From positions 169,198,001 to 169,262,000 of the forward strand of contig NC_042999.1 in assembly GCF_006345805.1 (NCBI RefSeq): 64,000 nucleotides of DNA. The letters are read 5' to 3'. Position numbers and translations under genes: made by a program. Positions 1-11,199 of the stretch are shown here, in pieces. Positions within the stretch are counted from its first letter, which is position 1, and each line of letters starts with the position of its first letter. The stretch is from Octopus sinensis. Lineage: Eukaryota. The notes under the pieces are model-generated. The model had not been told where the DNA came from. It saw only the letters and a list, made by a program, of their open reading frames with translations, and searched no databases.

Positions 1-235
1 CATTCAGGGGAACAAAAAAAAGTTGCAGGGTGCAAGATTGGGTGAACTGTTCTTTCAGTTCATGACATGCATTTAGTCATGACTTTTTTTGATCTTCTGT
101 GAGCAAGCGAGGAACAAATTTTCCTGCAACTCTTTGCATTCACAATTCCTTGCTCAAAATTCATTGGCAGGAGTTCTAGGACACACCAGTCATGTCAACA
201 AGTTCATCAATTATTCAGTGATGTTTTCATTTGTT
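1..235 (-). mobile_element. mariner-type transposase remnant (internally deleted)
   Basis: Minus-strand translation gives SPNLAPCNFFLFP (YSPDLAPCDFFLFP motif) next to a degenerate xFVPRLLT-like segment. Confidence 0.55.
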
Positions 236-299
236 TGGGAGGTCAATAGTTGCTCTAAATGAAGTTGGTCTTCAAGCAACAAGTAAAGCAGATTCTTAT

Positions 300-1510
300 A
301 ATTGCTGATCTTCCATATCCTGTCCGTGGTGCCAACTTCCTGAATCATTTTGGTCTAATTGTAGATTTGAAACACAGGTGATTGATAGATTTGGAAACAG
401 AATTATTTGCACAAGGTATTTACAGTATACCTGCTACTGTCAGTCCTCTTTTCTTTGTACCCCATACACCTAATCATTATCATGTGATCCTTAAAAAGTT
501 TCCAGGTTCCACTTGTGCTGTTTTTAATAAGAAGTGTCTGGTACACTCTATTACACATCATGTTATCACTAAGAGACCTCCTGTTTCTTCATGACCTAGA
601 CATCTCACTCCTTGGCAAGTTAAAAATAGCTGAGGACAAATTTAGTCACATGTTGGATCCTGGAATTAACTTGACTTCCACTTGGAGATTGTCATCCTTG
701 TAGAGACTACAGACATTTGAATACTTTAACTGTTCCTGATAGGTACCAAATTCCACAGATTCATAATTAGCCAACTTCTTTACATGGTTGTACTGTTTTT
801 CCAAAAATTAATTTGGTACTTGCCTATAATGAGATTCCTATAGAACCTGCTGATGTTCTTAGAACAGCCATAACTGCTCCTTTCGGACTTCTCCAATTTC
901 TCAAAATGCTTTTTGGTTTTTGGTATTCTGCTAATACATTCCATAGATTTATTGATGAAGTCACTCATGGTTTAAACTTTGTTTTGACTTGATGATTGCT
1001 ATTGCTTTGGAAGAGCAGCATGAACAACATTTAGAACAACTTTTTACTAGATTGTCATAGTACATCCTGCAAATATGTCCCACCTAGCTCAGCTGCAATG
1101 CAATGAGGATTGAGGACCTCCACACTAACTGTGCCAGTGCATCACAGGATCTCTACATCAGGAATGCGATCCTGGCATCTGATATAAATGTGACAATGGA
1201 ATTCATAAAAATGGAATTCATCCATTTTGGACCAAAAGATGGATTCAAAAGCTCAGTCAGTAACTGGAGCTCCAAGAGATCACCATGCTGATGAAGGAGG
1301 AACTGCAATAGAGGGGAAGAAGTCTATAAACAGGTTTACAGTCTCATGATGTAAAGCTGGGTGGTTGAAGAGCCAGAACTTACATTTATTAACCCCCAAT
1401 AAATGTCTTTTTGATGTTTCTTCTATTGCATTTTTGGGACATATTATCAATAAAAATGGAATTCATCCATTAAAAGAAAAATTTGATGCCATTACAAATA
1501 TCCCTGTAAT
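300..1510 (+). mobile_element. Ty3/Gypsy pol remnant (protease end-RT), interrupted at 1063-1387
   Basis: Frameshifted segments [67 protein letters not shown] and INPNKCLFDVSSIAFLGHII match Gypsy RT motifs. Confidence 0.85.
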
Positions 1511-1692
1511 ATACTGATATAAATTCAATGAACTATACATATGCCTCACGTTGTAATTTCAATCAAATTTCTTTTCCTTTATTCTCTGCATTGTACTTCT
1601 GTTAGATTTTGTATCATGTCTCTCTCTCTTTCCCATTTTATATCTGGATTCTTTATATTAATTTTATTTTATATCGTTATTCTTCTTTTCAG

Positions 1693-1767
1693 CCAGAAAC
1701 AATTGGTGACTTAAATAGTTTACAAGAGCTCTGGCTTGATTGTAATAATCTTATCCAGTTACCTCGA
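1693..1767 (+). CDS. scrib: Scribble exon A (LRR): PETIGDLNSLQELWLDCNNLIQLPR
   Basis: tcttttcAG acceptor at 1691-1692, GTAAGT donor at 1768; phase 0/0; LRR consensus LxxLxLxxNxL. Confidence 0.93.
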
Positions 1768-1894
1768 GTAAGTAATGTGTGTTTGTTGATTCTGATCCAT
1801 ACTAATTTTGGTTTTATTGTCTTCCTTGTTTGTTTATTTTTATTTAGTTTATAAAATATTTCAATATTTTATGACTTTTCTATATAGTTCTATA

Positions 1895-2063
1895 GGCGCA
1901 GGAGTGGCTGTGTGGTAAGTAGCTTGCTAACCAACCACATGGTTGCGGGTTCAGTCCCACTGCGTGGCATCTTGGGCAAGTGTCTTCTGCTATAGCCCCG
2001 GGCCGGCCAATGCCTTGTGAGTGGATTTGGTAGACGGAAACTGAAAGAAGCCTGTCGTATATA

Positions 2064-2098
<35 letters not shown>

Positions 2099-2315
2099 GT
2101 GTGTGTTTGTGTGTCTGTGTTTGTCCCCCTAGCATTGCTTGACAACCGATGCTGGTGTGTCTACGTCCCCGCCACTTAGTGGTTCGGCAAAAGAGACCGA
2201 TAGAATAAGTACTGGGCTTACAAAGAATAAGTTCCGGGGTCAATTTGATCGACTAAAGGCGGTGCTCCAGCATGGCCGCAGTCAAATGACTGAAACAAAT
2301 AAAAGAGTGAAAGAG
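1895..2315 (+). mobile_element. tRNA-derived SINE family 1 (CORE-like body, internal (TA)n/(TG)n)
   Basis: A box TGGCTGTGTGG, B box GGTTCAGTCCC, CORE-like catcttgggcaagtgtcttc, (AAAGAGT)n-type tail; near-identical copies at 7456, 13487, 16263, 39688, 61313. Confidence 0.9.
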
Positions 2316-2379
2316 AAAATATAGTTGAATGATACTAGTGTTTTCACGTGTTTGTTCACCAGATGTTGTTGACCTATTA

Positions 2380-2720
2380 TTGATGTTGTCTGTTTGTCAG
2401 TAGCATGTTTTGCTTTTACTGCATGTCGTTATTTGTTGATTGTATGGTGGCTATTGTTGTTGTCAAAAGACTACACAGAAATGCATACAAAACTGGTTGA
2501 CAGCAGAAGATTGGGCTCATGGGTACCTTTAGCAGAATACACTCTGTTGTAACTATTCGGGAGCCAGGCTTCCAGTCGGATGATAACAGTGCACAACTTT
2601 TGTTCCCTGTCCCATACAGCTATATCTAACATGTTGTGCTTACGCACAGTTTCCATTTTTATTCAAATGTCCATCAGAATGCTTTAGTTTTAAAAGTGCG
2701 GATGCTTTTGGGCTCTGGTG
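2380..2720 (-). mobile_element. R4/Dong-like (restriction-like endonuclease) LINE fragment
   Basis: ORF 2471..2656 KHNMLDIAVWDREQKLCTV matches the PD endonuclease motif seen in the copy at 28330-28920. Confidence 0.55.
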
Positions 2721-2781
2721 TATCTTTGGCAGGACTGTAGGACAATCTTTCCTGCATATAGCATTGTAGACTGACTGTAGT

Positions 2782-3165
2782 GGAGGCGCAATGGCCCAGT
2801 GGTTAGGGCAGCGGACTCGCAGTCGTAGGATCGCGGTTTCGATTCCTAGACCGGACGTTGTGAGTGTTTATTGAGCGAAAACACCTAAAGCTCTACGAGG
2901 CTCCGGCAGGGAATGGTGGTGATCCCTGCTGTACTCTTTCACCACAACTTTCTCTCACTCTTACTTCCTGTTTCTGTTATACCTGTATTTCAAAGGGCCG
3001 GCCTTGTCACTCTCTGTGTCACACTGAATATCCCCGAGAACTACGTTAAGGGTACACATGTCTGTGGAGTGCTCAGCCACTTACATGTTAATTTCACGAG
3101 ACGGCTGTTCCGTTGATCGGATCAACCGGAACCCTCGTCGTCGTAACCGACGGAGTGCTTCCATC
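2782..3165 (+). mobile_element. tRNA-derived SINE family 2 (tRNA-Arg-like head)
   Basis: A box TGGCCCAGTGG, B box GGTTTCGATTCC, non-tRNA body; a diverged reverse-strand 3' copy lies at about 7880-8080. Confidence 0.8.
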
Positions 3166-3589
3166 CAGACTGACTGTCTTAGCAACAACGTTATGTCTCA
3201 TGGGAAGTTTGTATCTTCTGGACACTTTTGGACAACAACAAATGATAGGAGTGATATTTTCCATACTAGTATGGCACAATCTATCACAGCATTGAGTGGG
3301 GTGGGTGGAAGCCTCATGTCTTTTGTTCATCTTATTTAGTAGCTATCTCTTGTCCTAGGATATTGAAGGGATAGCCTTCTAAATGAGATGTGATGTATCT
3401 ATCACAGGTCCAAGGGCAATTATATGTGTGTTTGCATACAAACAACCTGTGTATAATTTATACATCATATTTAATCCACACTATGACCCTGAAGTTTTTG
3501 ACTACATATGTCTTTTGGTGTTTAGCTACTCGTGTTATCTACAACTGCCTACCAGCCTGGCACAACAATCTCAGCATTCATGATTTTTT

Positions 3590-4130
3590 TCAGACTGCTT
3601 AATAAGAGCTGCCTGTTGAATGTGAGCTTTCTCTATTAATAACTGACTCTTTGTCCCTCCTAACGATTGACTTCTCTTTTCGCAGTTTTGCAACAACCAT
3701 CAAGAGAGTTTCACTATTGATATTATAAATTTTCAGAGAGATGTTTGCACAGTGCTCATTTTGCATCATGGTTGTCGTATCAACTTTGCGTCATGGTTGT
3801 TCTGTTTGTTTACATTCCAGATCCCTCCCTCCCTGAAATGACTCTAAGCTCATCAAGGAGAGGGGCTTCCATGACCCTGACCTTTTTGTTCCTTTGATTC
3901 ACTGCTTGGGGTTTTATTGCAAACTTGCAGTTAATGGCTTTTAATTCTCAAAGATTTTTTAATAAAGAAATCGTTCACTTATTGCTTGCAGTTTGTGTTT
4001 AAGGAAGGTCAACTTGTCTCTTAGTGTCTCTTGTCAACACCTCCCATAGACTTCAGATAAGCTATCATAAAGTTGCAGCTGGTGGTTCATGAATATATTA
4101 TTCATCTTACACTTCATAAGTGGATATTTA
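3590..4130 (-). mobile_element. degraded non-LTR retrotransposon fragment, probably R4/Dong-like pre-RT region
   Basis: Minus-strand LTFLKHKLQAISERF resembles the conserved LKQKLQA..RL segment upstream of RT in RLE elements. Confidence 0.4.
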
Positions 4131-4869
4131 GCTCTAGCAGCACATTTGAAAAGGTCATCTTATTCACACATCTCCCTAGACAGGTGGGAATTAAAATATG
4201 TTCTTCTGTGGAACAAGTGTTAATGACTATTTAATGAGCCTCTTCTTCATAATGACAATAGCCATCAATTAATCAAAATCTCTCCACAGATGTCATATCA
4301 AACCCTAACCATTTTTCAATTTCAAGCATTTCTCTGCCTCTAATAGTGTTGGATTTTCCTATTTTCCTTGTTTTCTTATTAAGGTATCAATAGTTCACGT
4401 TTTTTTGAGGCTTAAGTTACAATTAAAATTTTTTTCGTGTTTTCCATTCTATGTTCATCTTAATGTTATGCTTGTTATTGGTGTTGTTGTTGCTACTTTC
4501 ACTATCATCTATTTTGACAGTATTACTGCTTTTCCTGTGCACATTTTGTCATTGCACTCTTGCAACACTGCTCTGTCTCTCTTCTCTCATCAACATACAT
4601 GTTAGTCTTGTCTGTTACTTTCTCCATAGAAAGAGAAAATAAAATCATGATAACAGTTGTTGACAGCTGTTTGTTGTAGGTTGGTGCCAACTGTTCTTGT
4701 TCAGAAATCATTTCTGGCAGGCTTGTATGTGGGCCTGCTTTTGATCTTCAGTTGCAATGACATCTGCTGTAGGTGAAGTTACTTAACACAGTGGAGAAGT
4801 GATGCTGTCATGTGCTCTTTTATATTGTCTCTGTTGTTTCTCCTCAATGGATGTAATTATGAATTTCAC

Positions 4870-6125
4870 TGATTGGTGCCATTATCATGCTACTGGTCTT
4901 CCTATTCCCAGGGGTCTGGGGAGATGCTGAAGTTCTTCATATGTTACTTCAGGACATCTCGGTATTGCAGCCTCTGGCCACCATGGCTCCTCCTGTCTTG
5001 ACACAGTTAAGCATAGAAAACTGGTTTTGAGAGCTTGGCACTGTCCATCCTGCAAATATGTCCCACCTAGCTCAGCTGCAATGCAATGAGGATTGAGGAC
5101 CTCCACACTAACTGTGCCAGTGCATCACAGGACCTCTACATCAGGAATGCGATCCTGGCATCTGATATGCAAGAAAGAGCATGAATGATAAAATTGGACT
5201 TGTGTCATGGCCTTGATATTCCTGTGGTCGAGGTCATGCATTCTGTGGTGTAGAGGAGGCAAGGGGGCTCTTATTTGTTTTGGGCAATGTCATGGCATCA
5301 TCCATAGATACTTCTCAAGAGAGCCAAAGGCCTTTGTGGCAGACTGTATTTACCTCTCAACTTCAAAATCAGAAGATTTAGTACAAGTTACTGCACTACA
5401 GAAATAGGAAAAGGCCTTAGATTACTTCAGGGGCTCTCCATGTATTGTCACTGGCTCAGGCTCTCTTGATCTAGTCAAACATCTTTGTGAGAGCTGGTAG
5501 AGCAATCCAGTACTCAAAGTGTTGATCTTGAGACCAAGCATGTCTTCGGTTGCAAGTCCTCAATGTTGTTAGCCATGAGTGCTGGGTCATCTGCATAGAA
5601 CAACTCTCTAACATATATTTCTCTGATTTTAGTGGAGGCATGAAGACACCCAAGTTGAAAAGTTTCCCATCTGTTCTGATGCAGGTGAAAGCCCCTTTGT
5701 GCAGATTGCTCCTCATGGTGTCATGCACAGCTGTGAAGCAAAGAGAGAAGAGTGCAAAGCAAGAATGGTTGACTGGTTCACACCATGGTTGACTGCAGAT
5801 GCTTCCTTAAATTCTCCACTAACTGAAACTAACCATTTCATTCCTGTGTGGAACTACTCGATAATGTTAACAAGCTTCTCAGGGCATCTATAAGTCCCCA
5901 TCACTTTCCAAAGAGTTTCTTAGTCCACCATGTCAAATGGCTTAGAAAAGTCCACAAACAATATGAAGAAGGGTTAGTGTTGCTCTGCTGTTTTCTCCTG
6001 TAGAATGTCTGTAGTTGATCTCCCTGGCATGAAGCCACAGTGACTCTCTGGTAAGACCTTCTCTGAGATGTTTTCCAAGTGGTTGAGAATAATTTTCACT
6101 AGCATTTTGCCAGCAATGGCCCACA
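4870..6125 (-). mobile_element. RTE (BovB-like) LINE RT remnant
   Basis: Segments ESLWLHA/QCGF-like, CIRTDGKLFNL and IRCQDRIPDVEVL are characteristic of RTE/BovB reverse transcriptase; many stops and frameshifts. Confidence 0.8.
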
Positions 6126-6129
6126 GTAC

Positions 6130-6660
6130 AATAACTTAGGAAGTGTCAAGTAATTCCTAAGTATAAAAATACCTTGGTGAGACTTGGTTACCTCAAGATT
6201 TTTTTAAAGTTGCTCAGATTAGCCATTTTGGACCAAAAGATGGATTCAAAAGCTCAGTCAGTAACTGGAGCTCCAAGAGATCACCATGCTGATGAAGGAG
6301 GAACTGCAGTTGAGGGGAAGAAGTCTATAAACAGGTTTACAGTCTCATGATGTAAAGCTGGGTGGTTGAAGAGTCAGAACTTGCATTTGGAACTGTTAAC
6401 TCTAAAGCCCCTATAACCAAGTTCTTCAGTCATCATCCTCACAGTTGTAAGGACCTTATCAGGAGGGCCTTCCAAACAAGCATCATCAAGATACCAGACA
6501 TTCAAGTGTAAGTTAGCTCCCATCTTGGTAACATCATCAATATCTGGTGCAAATAGTGCAGGTCCAAGTGGGTCGCCCTGTTGGATTCCATTGGTGGATG
6601 GAGTGAGGTGGTCACCAAAGGAGAGGCAAGAAGGCTTCTGATAAGCTTGATGTTCATTTA
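6130..6660 (-). mobile_element. CRE-clade non-LTR RT remnant
   Basis: ORF 6374..6724 GIQQGDPLGPALF...WYLDD...VNSSKC, continued by a LGAPVTD segment; typical of CRE-type RT. Confidence 0.75.
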
Positions 6661-6880
6661 TTTGCAATTGTCTAGATTTGGTAAATGTTTTCAGATTTCC
6701 TAAATGTTGCAATGTTCTTTTCATATAGCGTTCATGTGTGTAGATGCTTGAGCTATGTAAGCATGAGTAGATATTCCCCTTTCAACTGTAGTCTGTATGT
6801 GCATGACTAATCAGCTCTTTTCCAATTTCTGTAAATAGTTTTTCTATATATGTGCGTGTGTGTGTGTTTGTACTGATTGA

Positions 6881-7057
<177 letters not shown>

Positions 7058-7455
7058 TAATAACATGGTTACATATAATGATGATGATGATAACGAGAAG
7101 AATATCTTTCGTTGGCATGATCAAAGGTTTGTTAGGAACAAGCATAAATCAATTGAATCAATCCTCAGTACATAAAAGGTCATAACTAAATACCATAAAA
7201 CACTGCTGTTTTTACTATCCCACAGTAAATTAGGCTTGAGATTTTAAATGTTAGTAATATATATGGAGTGAAAGGACTTGAATTAGAAATCATTAAGGAG
7301 AAATGTGTGTTAATCTAATTCAAGACCATAACATGTCCCCCTTCGACCACCTCCTTGTAATTTGGTGCTGATGAATAACAATGAATTATTGTACTGTAAT
7401 ACATTTGTGCCCTGAAAATGTTTTGTAGGAACAAAAAAGAAAACTAAAGATACAT

Positions 7456-7608
7456 GCTGTGTGGTAAGTAGCTTGCTAACCAACCACATGGTTCCGGATT
7501 CAGTCCCACTGCGTGGCATCTTGGGCAAGTGTCTTCTGCTGTAGCCCCGGGCCGACCAATGCCTTGTGAGTGGATTTGGTAGACGGAAACTGAAAGAAGC
7601 CTGTCGTA

Positions 7609-7643
<35 letters not shown>

Positions 7644-7858
7644 GCATGTGTGTGTTTGTGTGTCTGTGTTTGTCCCCCCACCATTGCTTGACAACCGAAG
7701 CTGGTGTGTTTACGTCCCTGTCACTTAGCGGTTCGGCAAAACAGACCGATAGAATAAGTACTGGGCTTACAGAGAATAAGTCCCGGGGTCGATTTGCTCG
7801 ACTAAAGGCGGTGCTCCAGCATGGCCGCAGTCAAATGACTGAAACGAGTAAAGAGTAT
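7456..7858 (+). mobile_element. SINE family 1 copy (few 5' bases missing)
   Basis: High identity to 1895-2315. Confidence 0.9.
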
Positions 7859-8574
7859 ATATATTTACTTACATAATATTTATACAACAGTAATAGGAAG
7901 ACTCTATTGGTTACAACAACTAGGGTCCCAGATGATATGATCAACAGAACAGCCTGCTCATGAAATTAACGTGCAAGTGGTTGAGCACTCCATGGATATG
8001 TGTATCCTTAACGTAGTTCTCAGGGAGATTCAGCATGACACAGAGTATGACAAGGCTGGCCCTTTGAAATACAGGTATTACTCATTTTCGCCAGCTGATG
8101 GACTCGAGCAATGTGAAAATAAAGTCTCACATGTCGCCGGGAATTGAACTCCTGACTTTACCACAGTGAACTGAATACCCCAACCACTAAGCCACATGCC
8201 TTCCCAATAAATAGCTAGTTGTTTTTAATACTTCATGATCAAAATTATTCATTACAGAATCATTAGTCCTCTTGCTTTTATAGTTGATGAAAGATTATAA
8301 CCTTCATGCCTTAACCTAGGACATCTTTTTAATATCAATTGCAGCAGCTCTTCTATACAGCATATTGCTTCTTGCTTTAATCCTGCATTGACTTGTTTGT
8401 GAGATCTGATCTCATCAATTTGCTCATGTCTTACTCAGCCTTATTTGTGATCTGAAGAAAACACATGTTGCACCATCAAATATTAGCATTCAGACTCTCT
8501 TTGCACCATGTATTCATACCAGCTTAGTTGTTTCTCTTGCAAAGACCTCAATCCCTTCAAAACTCAGTCTCCCC

Positions 8575-8575
8575 C

Positions 8576-8652
<77 letters not shown>
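8575..8652. repeat. (CT)n microsatellite
   Basis: About 35-40 near-uninterrupted CT units. Confidence 0.97.
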
Positions 8653-8658
<6 letters not shown>

Positions 8659-9304
8659 ACAGACTACTTTTTTGGGGGGGCCATTCATGCAATTTGACAC
8701 ATTTCTCTCCAGTTTCTAGAAAGAAATGTATCGGTTTTGTATGAAAGGTTAGTATTCAATACTCATATCACTATATCATACAACATGACAATCCTTACAC
8801 ATGTTTCATACAATTTGTCTTTTAGCTCCCATAGCTTCTTCCACCCCAACAGACACATACATACACAAATATATATATATACACATATACAGGGGTTGGA
8901 CTAAATAATGGAAACACCTAGCATTCATAGCATAATAATTTTGAAATATCCATAAAATCATCAAAAGCTTCTCTCTCTTCTCTCTTTTTTACAGACTATA
9001 CTTTTTGGTGGGGGCCATTCATGCAATTTGACACATTTCTCTCCAGTTTCTAGAAAGAAATGTATCGGTTTGTATGAAAGGTTAGTATTCAATACTCATA
9101 TCACTATATCATACAACATACAAAATCCTTACACATTGTTTCATACAATTTGTCTTTTAGCTCCCATAGCTTCTTCCACCCCAACAGACACATACAACAC
9201 AAATATATATATATACACATATACAGGGGTTGGACTAAATAATGGAAACACCTAGCATTCATAGCATAATAATTTTGAAATATCCATAAAATCATCAAAA
9301 GCTT
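8640..9304 (+). repeat. Tandem duplication of a ~332-bp unit that includes the left end of the Tc1 element
   Basis: 8640-8970 and 8971-9304 align with only a few small differences; both contain TA-caggggttggactaaataatggaaacacc. Confidence 0.95.
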
Positions 9305-10155
9305 GTTTATTTTTATGTTTTTTGATTTATTATTAGTGTTGCTTAATATGTTTTGCTAAAATTGCTGTTTCTTTTCCGATATTGTCAGTAAAAGGTAATC
9401 AAAATTCATTAAAATGACAGATCCGTCAGACTTTCAAAGAGGTCAAATTGTTGGTGTTTGTATGGTAGGCACTAGCATAACGAAAACAGCCGAAATGTTT
9501 GGTGTATCAAGAAGTACTGTCTCAAAAGTAATGACAGCCTTTGAGAAAGAGGGAAAAAACCTCCTCATCAAAACAAAACTCCAAAAGAAAACCCAAACTT
9601 TCAGATAGGGACCGTCAGACTCTTATACACAGGATAGGATCGTGAGGATCTGGGGAGCTATATCTTGGAAATCTGCCAGCCCAATGGTTTCCCTTCATGG
9701 CAGAATTAATAGTCAAGACTATTTAAGCATTTTATCCGATCAAATTCATTCCTATGGTTGCGAACTGTTTCTGGAGGGAAACTCAAACTTTCAGGATGAT
9801 AATGCACCAATTCATACAGCTAACATTGTTACTGAATGGCACGAGGAACAGTCTAGTGAAGATGAACATCTTATCTGGCCACCACAGTCCCCAGATCTCA
9901 ATATCACTGAACATTTATGGTGCATTTCAGAAAAAGAAGTAATGAGTTGGTATCCTCTACCATCATCACTACAAGAACTGGAGACTGTTTTAGCTGAAGA
10001 ATGGACAAAAATTCCTTTGGAAACAATTGAAACTTTGTACGAGTCCATACCTCGTAAAATTCAAGCTGTAATTACTGCCAAAGGCAGTCCTACCCCATAT
10101 TAAAATTAATTTGTTTGAAATTTTAAGGTGTTTCCATTATTTTGTCCAACCCCTG
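9224..10155 (+). mobile_element. Tc1-family DNA transposon, DD36E spacing, internally deleted (932 bp)
   Basis: 29-bp TIRs (caggggttggac[t/a]aaataatggaaacacc, 1 mismatch), TA on both sides; N-terminal HTH MTDPSDFQRGQIVG (9414); C-terminal FQDDNAPIH...WPPQSPDLNITEHLW; the first catalytic Asp region is missing. Confidence 0.93.
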
Positions 10156-11199
10156 TATATATGTTACAAAAGATTACTTTCCTCTCCAGTACCCATTCAA
10201 CCAAATAGATGGTACCAAGTATGTTGATTGGATCTCAAGCTTTCTACTTTGCAGCATTAGCTTATTTATTCACAAATATGTGTAAAGGAAAGAGGCATGC
10301 TTTCAAAGCAGATCAATTTATTCAATCAGAAGATAAAATACTGTTTAGATGGAGTAATTCACTAGTACAAGCATGAAGTATATATGAGGTCAGGAAAAGT
10401 ACATTTTAGATTTTTTTATGGGGAGATGGGAATACAGGAATTCTTTCTATAAAATGACGATGGTAGAAATGCTAAATTTGTGAAATACTAAGATGTTTTC
10501 CTTCTACATTTTCACTCTGTTACATCAACAAATTTTAACTTGTGGTATTGATTTACTTGTATTAGACAATAATTCAGGAAATCATTAATTGCCTTTGGAA
10601 TATATATTAGTTATGAACTTTCATCAAGAGAAATGCTGTTAAATAGAACTTGTTATTGATAGATTTGTCATCAGCTTTTTCATATGGTAAATCATACAAA
10701 TTCTTATTGAGTAGAAAATATTACAATTTACTTGTTATAATAAAGTAATATCTCAATACAACCTGACTAAAGAAAGTCTAACCTTGAACCTATATGTATT
10801 CATTTTACGTTCCAATAAAAAGAGTGTACTTAAGTCATTTCTGAGGTCCATGAGAAAATATACTCAATCTGCAATATAACAAAAGCTTTATCAAATACTT
10901 AATGACTCGCTCCTACCTCATGATAATACCTTTTTTAGGTATTAGAAAGAGGTAGGTGGATTAGGCTATTGTGACATAAATATTACTTTGAATAGTATAT
11001 TTCTAGGATTGAGGAAATCTTAGTTACCAGTGTTGTTGATTCAGCTGTAACTCTCCTGTAGAAATCTTTTATTAAAGTAAACAATTTACGGTGCCAAATC
11101 TTGGTATTTTATGTTCTAATTTTTTTTAATGAGGTTTAACTGGCTTATTTTAACATGTGTGGACAGGATGCCGAATGCACTTTTGCCAAAGGACAAGAA

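Noticed and set aside
2782-2860. tRNA-like sequences with A/B boxes (also 1895, 16263, 39688, 40494, 61313)
   Set aside because: They lack a closed acceptor stem and continue into repeat bodies; these are SINE heads, not tRNA genes.
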